Shown here: piece by piece, positions 52,601 through 61,851 of the stretch
Numbering within the stretch: the first letter of the stretch is position 1
Layout of the letters: every line of letters starts with the position of its first letter
From: a virus
Lineage: Duplodnaviria; Caudoviricetes
DNA length: 64,000 nt
Virus record (IMG/VR): IMGVR_UViG_2767802493_000005
Location: 1,868 to 65,867 of that record
Direction: 5' to 3' (one strand)
Translations under genes and position numbers: made by a program
Notes under the pieces: generated by a model
Databases searched by the model: none
Seen by the model: only the letters and a program-made list of their open reading frames with translations
What the model was told of the DNA's origin: nothing

Positions 52601-55600
52601 CAGTATGACCGCGGCGACATTGGCACCCTTGGTACGTACTTCGCGCCGGGGCGCATCGTGAACGCCTATGGCAACACCCGGGATCGAGTGATTGAGTTTC
52701 GTCCGCCGGGGAAGGATCCGCGCTGGCAGGTGAAGGTTCAGCAGGTCGATTCCGCTGGCAACCCGCTGCCAGGTGAGGAGCCGCGCTGGCACAGCACGAT
52801 CCCGTCGCCGAACGACTTGGAACAGGTGCTCGGCAAGCCGGTCGCGAAGGCGCGCAAGGCTACCGCCTCTGCACAGAACAGCACCGCGGCGAACGACGCC
52901 GCGCCCGCGCTGCCGCAGAAGCAGGCCGCCACTCCGGCGGTGATCGAAGACCTGGGTGAGAAGCTGGGCGGTGCGCGCAAAGACCTGGCCAAGCCGACCG
53001 GTGCCCGGCCGCAGCGTCGGGCAGATCCGGACGGCGACCAGGACACCGGCGCCGCCTGGTCAAAGAAGTACGTCGCGATGGAAGACACCCGCAACCCGGG
53101 AACCTGGCGCCTGTTCAAGGCGAAGAAGGGCCGCTTGGGCAACCCGTTGGCCAGCCGGCAGACCTTTGCCAGCCAGGCCGAGGCCGACGCGGCAATCCCG
53201 ATGGTCGAGCTGGCTCGCAATCACCGCGCTGTAGAGCGCGAGCCCAACAACTGGGCGATCGCGCGCGACGTCACCGACCGCAAGCGCGTCTATCTCAAGG
53301 ACGGCTTCGACACCCGCGCGGCGGCGCTGCAGTACATGGCGGAGCACGCGCCAGCGCTGATCGATACCAAAACCACCGTGGGCGAGGATGCACTGCCGCG
53401 GCCGGACAAGGTCATGCGCATCGGTGAGGCGCGGCGGGAAGGTGATGTCCAGGGCCAGCAGTTCATGGACACCTTCGGCTTCCGAGGTGTCGAGTTCGGC
53501 AAGTGGAACAACCAGGACGAGCGCCAGGAGGTGATGAATCACGCCTTCGACGCGCTGGTCGACCTGTCCGAGCTGCTGAACCTGCCTCCGCGGGCGATGA
53601 GTCTGGACGGTCAGATTGGGCTGGCCTTCGGCGCGCGTGGCCACGGCCTCAGCGGTGCCCGTGCGCACTACGAGCGCGACTACGCGGTGATCAACCTAAC
53701 CAAGCTGAAGGGTGCCGGCTCCCTGGCCCACGAATGGATGCACGCGCTTGACCATTACCTCGGCAGGCAGGATGGCCGGGGATCGGAGCAGGTGACCAAC
53801 GGCCGCGGTGACAAGGTCATGAAGGCGTCCGGGGTCGAAGACTACCTGAGCAATGCGAGCCGCCTGCGGGGCAATGTGCGCCCGGAGCTCCGCGCGGCAT
53901 TCCAGGAGCTCATGGACACCATGCGTACCCGTGCCGAGCAGTACGTCGAAGACACGGCGCGCGCTGAGTCCTTCCTCGGCAAGGCCCGTGACCAGGTGCA
54001 GAAGCAACTGGGGGACCTGCGCGCCCACATCGAGAAGGAGCGGGCCTGGGGCTCGCGGAAGCGACCCGCCACCCAGCAGGAGCTGGCCACCTTCGATGCT
54101 GCTGCCGATCGGCTGCTCAACGGTGACACGTTCAGCACCGATGCGAAGCCGACCAAGGGTGGTGGCGTCCGGTTCACCAACGAAGAACTGGACACGCTGG
54201 ATGGCGTCCTGAAGGCGGTTACCAACCGCACCGGCTTCAACTCCGATCGCACCGGTTCGCTCGATCGGCTGCGCGACGCAATGGGTACGTACCAGCGCCG
54301 GGTGGAGCTCTGGCGGTCGGCTGATGCCGGCGAGACGAAGACCAAGAGCGTGCCGACCTCGTTCATGACCGAGGCCCGAAAGCTGGATGATGGCCGCGTG
54401 GGCAACTACTGGACCACGCCGCACGAGCTCCTGGCGCGCGCCTTCAGTTCCTACGTTGAAGACCGCCTGCAGGACGCCGGCCGCGCCAGTGCGTTCATGT
54501 CTTTCGGTTCGGATCCGCGCTTCGCTGTGCCGGTCGGTACCGAGTTCGCTCGGCCGTTCCCCGGCGGGGTCGAGCGCCAGGCCATGAATGCCGCGTTCGA
54601 CCGCTTCTTCGCCGAGGTCAAGCACGAAGAGACCTCGACCGGTGGTGTCCGCCTCTTCTCCCGCCGTGGGTGGGAGGCCGACTTCCCCGATGTCGTGACG
54701 GCTCACCGTCCCGGTCGCCTGAGCGCGCATGCGGATTACGCAGCAGCCAAAGCCGGTGACGACACTGCGGCGCTGCGCGTAGCGCGCGACGTCATCACCC
54801 CGGAGTTTGTCCAGGACGTGCGTGCTGCGCTGCCGGAGGGCAGCAAGCCCCTGGTGGTGGCCGTGCAGTCCCAGGAAGCCACGGGCAACAACCGCATCCC
54901 GCGGATGGCTGCCGAGGTGCTGGCCCAGCGGCTGGGACTGCAGGTGTCCGAAGACATCGTCCAGGCCGCGAAGGTCAACCGTAGTGCCGGCGATGCTCTG
55001 CACCGGCTGGCCAACCAGCCCCCGTTCACCGGCAAGGTGGAGAAGGGCCGCGACTATGTTCTGATCGATGACACGCTGACCCAGGGCGGCACGCTGGCTC
55101 AGCTGAAAACCCACATCGAGGACAACGGCGGGAAGGTGGTGCTGGCCACGGCTTTGACCGGCAAGGACTATTCGCGGAAAATCGCCCTCAACTCCCAGAG
55201 CCTGGCCGACGTCCGTGAACGTTTCGGATCAATCGAACCCTGGTGGCGCGACCAGTTCGGCTACGGCTTCGAAGGCCTCACCGAGTCCGAAGCGCGCACC
55301 ATCCTCACCCTCGACAAGGGACGTCTCGATGCTGACGCCCTCCGAGATCGAGTCGCTGAAGGCCGAGTATCGGGCCTCCGGCCAGTGGGCGAAGGAGCAG
55401 CTGGCGAAGGATCCGGAGCTGAAGCACCTGGGCCCGGCGGGCGGGTAAACCGATCCGCTGCACCGGCTGCCAGCGGCGGCCTTGACTTCGACCGCGCGCT
55501 GCAGCTCAAAACCGACCTGACCCAGCACTGGGGCGAGAACGCGCCCAGCGTGGTCGTGGTGCGCTCGGCCGAGGACTTCCCAGCCAGCGCCAAGGTCGAC

Positions 55601-58600
55601 CCGGGCTATCGCCGGGCCGAAGGTGTGTACGACGGGCGGCCCACGGTCTGGATCAACGCCGGCAACATCGCCACCGAGCAGCGCTTCGCTCAGGTGCTGG
55701 CCCACGAGGCAATTGGCCACTACGGCGTCGAGTCCGTGGTGGGGGCCAAGGATTGGACCCAGATCGTGGACGCGATCGACAAGCTGGCCGCCGACGGAAC
55801 CGGTACCGCTGCATTGAAGTCGGTGCTGGCTGATGTGACCAGGCGCTACGGCACCGTCGATCGCGAGACCTTCGCCAAGGAAGCGATCGCCGTCATGGCC
55901 GAGCGGGGGATCCGCAACAGCTTCACCAGTCGCGTCGCCGCCGCGGTGCGCCGGTTCCTGCGCCGCGTCATGCCGTCGCTGAAGTGGTCCGAGGCCGAGG
56001 TTCGGGACCTGTTGAGCCAGGCCGACGGCTTCCTGCGCGCCGGCATGTCGGCGCAGGCACAGCGGGAAATGGTGCGCTCCTACTCGTTCTCACAGCCGCA
56101 GATTGATGGCCGCGGCGAAGCCTTCCTCGAGCAGAATGGCGGTCGATTTCTTCGCCGCGACGATCAGTGGTACCTCGCCGACGAGCGCGGTCGACCGGCC
56201 GACTTCCTGACCCTTGGCGCCGCGCGTGCTGAGGCCGAGCGCACCGGTGGCCAGGTCCTGGCCGATCCGGTCGAGAATGGGCCGCGGACCTGGAGCGTGG
56301 TCCTGCCCAACGGTGCCGAGGTGACGCGCGCTGCTCGCGGCCGCCTCTTCAGCATGCCGCCGGCGGACGCACTGGCTGACATCGATGCGATCCAGCAGGG
56401 CATTCAGGGCGAGGGTGTGCTGGCGCGTGCCCGGCAGAAGCTGGCAGACCTCAGCCTGAGCAAGGTGAAAGACACATTGCGGCCCACCTGGCTCGGTACG
56501 CTGGCCACCCGGCACCTGACGGAGCTGGGACGCGACTATTTTCCGACCATCGATCGCTATTCGGACTACCTGGCCGAAATGCAGGCCGATCGGAACAAGC
56601 TGCAGGCGGAGGCGGACACGATCGCGGAGGCGGCGCGCCAGTGGGCCAGCAAGAACAAGGCCGAAAGCAGGCGCCTGTTCGATCTCATGCATCAGGCCAC
56701 TATGGACGGCGTGGACCCGTCCCGCGAGTACCAGCCCCTGCAGTTCCGGATGCCTGGCGAGAAGGGCCTGCAGGAGGTCAACCGCAAAAACGTGCTACAT
56801 GCCATCAAGGTGAAACAGCAGCAGATGCGGGAGCGCAGCGGCGACAGCAAAACGAACATCATGAACGAGGTCAAGGCGCTGAAGGCCATGCTGAAGGCGG
56901 AGCCGCGCCGGCGCCGGCAGTACGCTCCGTTGGTTGAGCAGTGGTCGCAGCTGTCGCCTGAAGCACGGAGGTTCTACATCCAGTTCCGTGATGCCTATCG
57001 AGCCAGGTCCGACGCGGTGGAGGAGGCCTTGGTACAGCGCATTGAGGATCTGAAGGGCGGCGACATGGTGGGAGGAACGGCCCTAAGCGATAGCAGTCGC
57101 CGCATGTTGGTGCACAAGGTTCGAGAACAGTTCGAATCGGCACGCCTGCAGGGTGTCTACTTCCCCCTGCAGCGCTTCGGCAAGTTCTTCGTTGCAGCGG
57201 AGAAGGACGGCACCAACACCTTCCTGATGTTCGAATCGCTGAATGAGCTGGATCGTGCGGCGGAGGATCTGCAGCGCAGGGAGTGGGTCATTACCGCTCG
57301 AGGGCAGAAGATGGAGGGCAAGGCAGCTGACGCACCGAGCGGCACCTTCGTTGCCGACGTGATCGACCAGTTGCGCACGGCCCATGTGTCCGACGCGGTC
57401 CAGGACCAGGTCTACCAGCTGTATCTGCAGACCATGCCGGAACTGTCGATGCGCAAGCATCAGATTCACCGCAAGTCGGTGCCTGGCTTCGATCCCGATG
57501 CCGTGCGTGCGTTCGCCTACAACATGCAGCACGGTTCCCACCAGCTGGCCCGGCTGCGCTACGCCCATAAGTTGCAGGGGGTGCTGACCGACCTGAAGGA
57601 CGCACAGAAGAAGATCCAGGCGTCCCCCAGCGTCGACACGCGAAAGATCGTGGCCGGTGACGCTCTCCTGGAAGAGCTGGGCAAGCGGCACGACTGGATC
57701 ATGAACCCCACCGACTCGGCGCTGACCAATCTGATTTCGTCGTTCGGCTTCACCTACTACCTGGGCGCCACGCCGGCGGCCGCACTGGTGAACGTTACCC
57801 AGACCGCCCTGGTCAGCTACCCCTACCTGGCCTCCCGGCACGGTGGGGTCAAGGCCATGAACTACCTGCTGGCCGCAAGCCGCGACGCCGTGCGCACCGT
57901 GGGCAACATCCAGAAGACCCTGACCGATCCTGACGAACTGCGTGCATATCAGGCGCTGGAAGTCGCCGGCGCGATCGAGAAGACGCAGGCCCACAACCTG
58001 GCCGGCATCGCCGAAGGCGGCATGACCGGCTACAACCCGGCCTGGAGCAAGGCCATGGAGATCATCGGCTGGGGCTTCCACAAGACCGAGGTCATCAACC
58101 GCGAGGCGACGGGCATGGCCGCCTACCGTCTGGCGCGCGCGGATGGCAAGTCGTTCGACGAGGCGGTGAAATTCGCCCGGGACGCCATCTTCGACACCCA
58201 CTTCGACTACAGCAACGCCAACCGCGCCCGCTTCATGCAGAGCGGCACCGCCAAGGTGCTGCTGATGTTCAGGCAGTACAGCTTGAACATGACCTGGGCG
58301 CTCGGGCGAATGGTGTGGCAGGCCACCAAGGGGCAGGATCCGCAGGTGCGCCAGATTGCCCGGCGCAACTTGACCGGCCTGCTGGGCATGAGCGCGCTGT
58401 TCTCCGGCGCGATGGGCCTGCCGATGATGGGCATGATCATGGGTGCGCTGAACGGGATCCAGGCCACCTTCGGGGATGACGACGAACCCTGGGATGCCGA
58501 GACCGAGCTGCGGGCTTTCCTTACCGGCATGCTGGGGCAGGGCGGCGCGGATCTGCTGCTGCACGGGCCGGCCGACAAGCTGACCGGTGCGAACATTTCC

Positions 58601-59221
58601 GGCCGAGTCGGCCTGGACAGCCTGTGGATCCGAGACGCCGATCGCGAGCTCGACGGGCGCGGCATGTTCAACAACCTGCTCGAGCAGGCCGCAGGGCCGA
58701 TGGGCGGCGTCCTGAAGAACGTGCTGGTCGGCAAGCAGCAGGTCGACGAGGGCCACATCATGCGCGGCGTCGAAACCATGCTTCCGAAGGGCCTGAAGGA
58801 CATGATCAAGGCCGGCCGCTACGCCACCCAGGGCGTGAACACCCTGCGTGGCGATCCGGTCGTCGAGGACCTGTCGCCCTGGGAGATCCTGCTGCAGGCC
58901 AACGGGTTTGCGCCGGAGAAGGTGTCCCGCCAGTACGAGACCACCCGCGCGCTGAAGAACTACGAGCAGCACATCCTCGACCGCCGCAAGTCGCTGGTGA
59001 ACGCTTTCGCCATGGCCTTGCGCAACGGCGACGCCAGCGACCGGGCTTCGGTGCTCAGCAAGATCGGCGCCTTCAACAAGGCAAACCCGGAGCTGGCGAT
59101 CACCTCGAGCGGTCTACAGCAGTCCATCAAAAACCGGGCCCGCTACAGCGCCAGGGCGGAGGCCGGCATCGTGCTCAACCCGAAGCTGGAGGCGCGGCTG
59201 AACAAAGCCGTGACCGAGTGA
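49673..59221 (+). CDS. 3182-aa large polyvalent ejection protein (InPase, LPD5, LPD1/metallopeptidase, PRTase, second metallopeptidase, PLxRFG)
   Basis: GNYKKGH..IENPAGS..HYGY..GKDKDHVDVF..DEHKV (~51950-52355); EDLGEKLGGARKD (~52945); SLAHEWMHALD (~53720); YWTTPHELLARAF (~54405); VLIDDTLTQGGT (~55060); LAHEAIGH (~55700); YFPLQRFG (~57160). Confidence 0.85.
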   Translation: MATFEKVDGNPFGASPAPTQAPAPTTGKVARRPTLSPVQGDPFQKVAKRPERTWGEAIKDTGLGIASGAANIIGGAVEQRNSMEPTNVVRQGLRFLDRLGVKGASETAALVPGTPSEIFGGRRAGSDTAALSKATQAATDYLAESQSDALKQEKQDLQDTKGFFPSAGKVLSSPRLIGNFLAEQVPNVAAMGAGTRLAAARAGERALAGAVAKGLGTEAAETAATAAGHRAATAAATGMTTIMETGSAGQQTYQQAMAQPQSVWDANPEYKRMVAAGGDPQTVKETIARGASMEAQAITAPIAAIAGRIAAPFEADVFTRGLARKPKAMLAGAARETVEEGIQEGGSQLAGNLGQRQIDPTQAAWEGVPEAAGTGAAIGGLLGGGMAAGGALASRGDNQAAVAADAERERLARRPTPTPPSLPPPPIPQMLALPPPEVMTAGPDGTITPGSVRPEVMAEPEMRFPQGRGMSAPFDGRRVAARPQPTVPFPDAAPDSIAGIANLVSRARRSADPAAAGAPATASTEAPAPQVQDVQPGLATPEVPAPASPASPPAPAVAPPWVDAQTGETLREPTSTDIKQLLHTGLQYQVETHGGINTPTLLRSMRDQYGLPSARVRPLLEEVKGERRRGLTEPPADAGNEATGEVAGAAQQPPKGAAPQADLQLDGTATADRAAPAPLASELQLEPRQAEAQGDTGSSREPVGEPRAVGTRQATSAGDTAPEQPIAEASAGQNSAAVPADAPKVATAAAEAATNPGNDLPLPSDAQKEAGNYKKGHVRINGHDISIENPAGSQRDPRWPALKNHYGYFKGTVGKDKDHVDVFMTDRAEDPSLPVYVVDQVNKDGSFDEHKVIMGTASEQEARDTYLANYSKGWTGLGGIKEMSQEQFKAWVRDPKKTTRRVTKAVPAAQAPATNVSEPGQGVSASVESVSAPAESGGALAKTGMEPAAAAAAAAPAAGEAGPVYTPKVRRIGGSPQYDRGDIGTLGTYFAPGRIVNAYGNTRDRVIEFRPPGKDPRWQVKVQQVDSAGNPLPGEEPRWHSTIPSPNDLEQVLGKPVAKARKATASAQNSTAANDAAPALPQKQAATPAVIEDLGEKLGGARKDLAKPTGARPQRRADPDGDQDTGAAWSKKYVAMEDTRNPGTWRLFKAKKGRLGNPLASRQTFASQAEADAAIPMVELARNHRAVEREPNNWAIARDVTDRKRVYLKDGFDTRAAALQYMAEHAPALIDTKTTVGEDALPRPDKVMRIGEARREGDVQGQQFMDTFGFRGVEFGKWNNQDERQEVMNHAFDALVDLSELLNLPPRAMSLDGQIGLAFGARGHGLSGARAHYERDYAVINLTKLKGAGSLAHEWMHALDHYLGRQDGRGSEQVTNGRGDKVMKASGVEDYLSNASRLRGNVRPELRAAFQELMDTMRTRAEQYVEDTARAESFLGKARDQVQKQLGDLRAHIEKERAWGSRKRPATQQELATFDAAADRLLNGDTFSTDAKPTKGGGVRFTNEELDTLDGVLKAVTNRTGFNSDRTGSLDRLRDAMGTYQRRVELWRSADAGETKTKSVPTSFMTEARKLDDGRVGNYWTTPHELLARAFSSYVEDRLQDAGRASAFMSFGSDPRFAVPVGTEFARPFPGGVERQAMNAAFDRFFAEVKHEETSTGGVRLFSRRGWEADFPDVVTAHRPGRLSAHADYAAAKAGDDTAALRVARDVITPEFVQDVRAALPEGSKPLVVAVQSQEATGNNRIPRMAAEVLAQRLGLQVSEDIVQAAKVNRSAGDALHRLANQPPFTGKVEKGRDYVLIDDTLTQGGTLAQLKTHIEDNGGKVVLATALTGKDYSRKIALNSQSLADVRERFGSIEPWWRDQFGYGFEGLTESEARTILTLDKGRLDADALRDRVAEGRVSGLRPVGEGAAGEGSGAEAPGPGGRVNRSAAPAASGGLDFDRALQLKTDLTQHWGENAPSVVVVRSAEDFPASAKVDPGYRRAEGVYDGRPTVWINAGNIATEQRFAQVLAHEAIGHYGVESVVGAKDWTQIVDAIDKLAADGTGTAALKSVLADVTRRYGTVDRETFAKEAIAVMAERGIRNSFTSRVAAAVRRFLRRVMPSLKWSEAEVRDLLSQADGFLRAGMSAQAQREMVRSYSFSQPQIDGRGEAFLEQNGGRFLRRDDQWYLADERGRPADFLTLGAARAEAERTGGQVLADPVENGPRTWSVVLPNGAEVTRAARGRLFSMPPADALADIDAIQQGIQGEGVLARARQKLADLSLSKVKDTLRPTWLGTLATRHLTELGRDYFPTIDRYSDYLAEMQADRNKLQAEADTIAEAARQWASKNKAESRRLFDLMHQATMDGVDPSREYQPLQFRMPGEKGLQEVNRKNVLHAIKVKQQQMRERSGDSKTNIMNEVKALKAMLKAEPRRRRQYAPLVEQWSQLSPEARRFYIQFRDAYRARSDAVEEALVQRIEDLKGGDMVGGTALSDSSRRMLVHKVREQFESARLQGVYFPLQRFGKFFVAAEKDGTNTFLMFESLNELDRAAEDLQRREWVITARGQKMEGKAADAPSGTFVADVIDQLRTAHVSDAVQDQVYQLYLQTMPELSMRKHQIHRKSVPGFDPDAVRAFAYNMQHGSHQLARLRYAHKLQGVLTDLKDAQKKIQASPSVDTRKIVAGDALLEELGKRHDWIMNPTDSALTNLISSFGFTYYLGATPAAALVNVTQTALVSYPYLASRHGGVKAMNYLLAASRDAVRTVGNIQKTLTDPDELRAYQALEVAGAIEKTQAHNLAGIAEGGMTGYNPAWSKAMEIIGWGFHKTEVINREATGMAAYRLARADGKSFDEAVKFARDAIFDTHFDYSNANRARFMQSGTAKVLLMFRQYSLNMTWALGRMVWQATKGQDPQVRQIARRNLTGLLGMSALFSGAMGLPMMGMIMGALNGIQATFGDDDEPWDAETELRAFLTGMLGQGGADLLLHGPADKLTGANISGRVGLDSLWIRDADRELDGRGMFNNLLEQAAGPMGGVLKNVLVGKQQVDEGHIMRGVETMLPKGLKDMIKAGRYATQGVNTLRGDPVVEDLSPWEILLQANGFAPEKVSRQYETTRALKNYEQHILDRRKSLVNAFAMALRNGDASDRASVLSKIGAFNKANPELAITSSGLQQSIKNRARYSARAEAGIVLNPKLEARLNKAVTE

Positions 59222-59320
59222 TTGTTGGAACTTAGTGGCCCAATCGGATCAGTCGGGATGAAAGCAATGTGAAGGCGCCGGCGCTGGTGCCGGCGTTACC
59301 GATACAGGGGTCAGTAACCG

Positions 59321-59674
59321 ATGGACAAGAAGGACTCGCAGGTGGTGGCCATTGGAGAAGGAAAGCAGGAGAAGGGCCAGCCCACGGGCAGTGGTGCTGG
59401 TTTTCTTTCCCCTGCAACAGGCCTGGAGGTGGTGCCCAAGGCATCCAGGGGGCGGCACTCCCGCCGCCAGACGCTGGAGAAGGGCATGGAAGATGAGCGC
59501 CACAAGGCTCAGGTGGTCTCGATGGAGGCCTTCAAGGCAGGCCGGGTGGGGCAAATCCCCCCGGAAGTGCTGGACATGTATGACCAGCTGACCCGTGACC
59601 AGCACGCGCTGGTTCGGACCTCGATCGTCCTCCTGGCCGCCCTGCGGCGGCGATTGGGCTTGCCGGACCTGTAA
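59321..59674 (+). CDS. Hypothetical protein
   Basis: AGGGG upstream; followed by a hairpin. Confidence 0.5.
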   Translation: MDKKDSQVVAIGEGKQEKGQPTGSGAGFLSPATGLEVVPKASRGRHSRRQTLEKGMEDERHKAQVVSMEAFKAGRVGQIPPEVLDMYDQLTRDQHALVRTSIVLLAALRRRLGLPDL

Positions 59675-59682
59675 CGGTCCAC

Positions 59683-59705
59683 GGGGCCGCCGAGGCGGCC
59701 CCTTT
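59683..59705 (+). terminator. Intrinsic terminator
   Basis: GGGGCCGC-CGAG-GCGGCCCC-TTT. Confidence 0.6.
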
Positions 59706-59757
59706 CGCGGCCTCAGGCGCTCACGGCGCCATAAGGCCGGCATGGTGTAATCGAGCC

Positions 59758-60690
59758 ATGTGCTATTCCGCCCAGATCACCGCCGCCTATCAGAAGCTGG
59801 TCCGCATGACTGGCGCCACGATCTCCCTGCAGGAGTTCGCTGCTCTCTACGCCCATGACCCGGGGAAGAAGCGGCCGAAGACGCCGAAGGCGATGGATGA
59901 TGCGTTCCGCGCCGGCGCGAGCCCGGCTGAGCTGGCCGTGTGGGCTGAGATCGAACAGTGGAACCGCGCCGAGACCGCCGTCCTGGAGCAGGAGCTGTTC
60001 GCGAACCGGAAGCGCCTGGCCGACGCGGAGCGCGCGCTGCAGGTGAAGGAAACCAAGAAGGCCCGGGAAGACGTGCGGATCGCCGGCAACAAGATCGAGC
60101 GCGCCCTGGGCAAACTGGCTGACCTCAAGCGCTCCGAGCCGAAGGACCGTGACAGCCGAATCTTCCCCGGGGTCTATGCCCCGGTGATCATTTCAGAGGG
60201 CGGGAAGCTGGTCATCAAGCCCATGCGCTACCAGTGCCGCCTGGCCGGGAAGCCGGCCAACTACGACCAGCGCTTCCCGGGCACCTACAACGCGCGCCGG
60301 GATAGCCTGGAGAAATTCTGGGCGCCGGCATTCGGCCACACCCACGGGCTGATGGTGGTGGAGACGTTCTACGAGAACGTGGAAGGTCCGGACGGCAAGA
60401 ACCAGGTGGTGCAGTTCACGCCGCGCACCGGCGAACCGATGCTGGTGGCGTGCCTGTGGTCGCACTGGACGGACCCCGCGGGGAAAGAGCTCGATCTCCT
60501 GTCGTTCGCGGCGATCACCGACGATCCCGAGCCCGAAGTCGCTGCGGCTGGCCACGATCGAACGATCATCAACATCAAGCCCGAGCACGTCGACGCCTGG
60601 CTCCATCCGGACCCGGCTGACCTGGCCGCGTTGTATCGGATCTTCGACGACAAGCGTCACCCCTTCTACGAGCACCAGCTCGCGGCGTAG
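59758..60690 (+). CDS. SOS response-associated peptidase (SRAP/YedK/HMCES family), long form
   Basis: N-terminal MC, YNARRD, FYE, FAAITDDP..GHDR; internal coiled-coil insertion. Confidence 0.88.
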   Translation: MCYSAQITAAYQKLVRMTGATISLQEFAALYAHDPGKKRPKTPKAMDDAFRAGASPAELAVWAEIEQWNRAETAVLEQELFANRKRLADAERALQVKETKKAREDVRIAGNKIERALGKLADLKRSEPKDRDSRIFPGVYAPVIISEGGKLVIKPMRYQCRLAGKPANYDQRFPGTYNARRDSLEKFWAPAFGHTHGLMVVETFYENVEGPDGKNQVVQFTPRTGEPMLVACLWSHWTDPAGKELDLLSFAAITDDPEPEVAAAGHDRTIINIKPEHVDAWLHPDPADLAALYRIFDDKRHPFYEHQLAA

Positions 60691-60726
60691 GAGGGGAGCG
60701 ACGGTGGCGTGGCAATAGAGTGCTCA

Positions 60727-60770
60727 CAATCGCAGCCGCTGCGACCGAGATTCGTATCCTGCCGGCCATG
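60727..60770 (+). promoter_or_regulatory. Palindromic operator TCGCAG-N3-CTGCGA plus -10 TATCCT, probable leaderless start
   Basis: CAATCGCAGccgCTGCGAC-N7-CGTATCCTgCCGGCCATG, matching 566-609. Confidence 0.6.
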
Positions 60771-61112
60771 CCGCTTCCCGACTCCTTCTACTGGACCACA
60801 CGTTCGGCCAGCTGGCCAAGCGACCCGCTGACTGTGATCGCCTGCCAGGGGATCTGGGTCGTCTCCATGACCCAGCGTGTCGATGACGGGATCTGGGTGG
60901 CACACCTCGATCGACATAGGAATGGTCCTGGCGGACCATGCCGGCGCTGCAGTAGCTACGACCAAGGTCGGGTCGGCGCCGAGCTCTGGGTCACTAGGCA
61001 CCAAGCTCGATTGCGGGAGGACGTGGCCAAGATCACCGCCTGGCGGGAGGCTGTGCGGGCAAACAGGCTGACCAAGGCGCACATCGAGCCACCGTTCGGC
61101 TGGACGGGATAG
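60768..61112 (+). CDS. Hypothetical protein homologous to 607-1116
   Basis: DGIWVAHLDRHR..SSYDQGRVGAELW; start reassigned to ATG 60768 from the conserved promoter. Confidence 0.65.
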   Translation: MPLPDSFYWTTRSASWPSDPLTVIACQGIWVVSMTQRVDDGIWVAHLDRHRNGPGGPCRRCSSYDQGRVGAELWVTRHQARLREDVAKITAWREAVRANRLTKAHIEPPFGWTG

Positions 61113-61215
61113 CGAGGCGTGGAGAGCCTTGGCTCTCGATCAGCGTTGAATCCAGCTCGGTTTCTTGGCAAGCACGGCTCTGCTAGAGTTCCTGAACGAA
61201 ATGCAAGGAGCACTC

Positions 61216-61782
61216 ATGTCCGGTCGATGGCAGGGGATAGCATTTGCAGTCGCCGCAGTGGTGATTGCTTGCGGCACAGCATGGGCGGGCTACTGGATGG
61301 GCTTTGCCGGGCATCTGCCGAGCGACGCCTTGTTGCAAGCAGATCGCCACGTGGCCGGCTTGCTGAAGGCAGCAGCCCTCTTCACCCCACTGTTCGTCCT
61401 CTACTTGACGTGGAGGAACTGGCTGACCGCTCGACACAAGATCAAGGTTGATTTGTTCGATCGACGTTGGGGTCTTTGGCGCGAAGTGGAGCGCATCTAC
61501 TCCGAAACAATAGAGGGGCGTGATTTCACCAGGGCGCTGCAGCTCAGTGCCATTCAGGCTTCTTGGCAGGCGCAGTACCTCTTCAGTGACGCTGCCGGAG
61601 AATACCTGCGCGACAGCTTCTTCGCGGATTTGAATGCTTGGTCGCTGGAAATGAATCGATCGGTTGCACCCGAACAAGAGGCTGATTGGTCGAAACGGGT
61701 GGACGAGCTGAACGATAGGCTGGGCAAACATGCATTTCGGTTTCACGAGGTGGTTGGCCAGCAGATGACAATTCGAGAGTAG
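61216..61782 (+). CDS. Membrane moron protein (family shared with 22376-22888)
   Basis: AAGGAG RBS; two TMs then TWRNWLTARHKIKVDLFDRR. Confidence 0.7.
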   Translation: MSGRWQGIAFAVAAVVIACGTAWAGYWMGFAGHLPSDALLQADRHVAGLLKAAALFTPLFVLYLTWRNWLTARHKIKVDLFDRRWGLWREVERIYSETIEGRDFTRALQLSAIQASWQAQYLFSDAAGEYLRDSFFADLNAWSLEMNRSVAPEQEADWSKRVDELNDRLGKHAFRFHEVVGQQMTIRE

Positions 61783-61851
61783 TGTCGAAAGTGCCGCGGT
61801 GAACGCCAAAACTTCGGGTTGGATGGCAGAAGATCCCTGGGGGAATTGAAG

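Noticed and set aside
49673-59221. Calling the giant protein DarB
   Set aside because: No N6-methyltransferase (NPPF/Y) or SF2 helicase (DExx) motifs were found in the translation.
59700-59760. Canonical LexA box upstream of SRAP or the early promoters
   Set aside because: No convincing CTG-N10-CAG or Xanthomonas-type box seen by eye.
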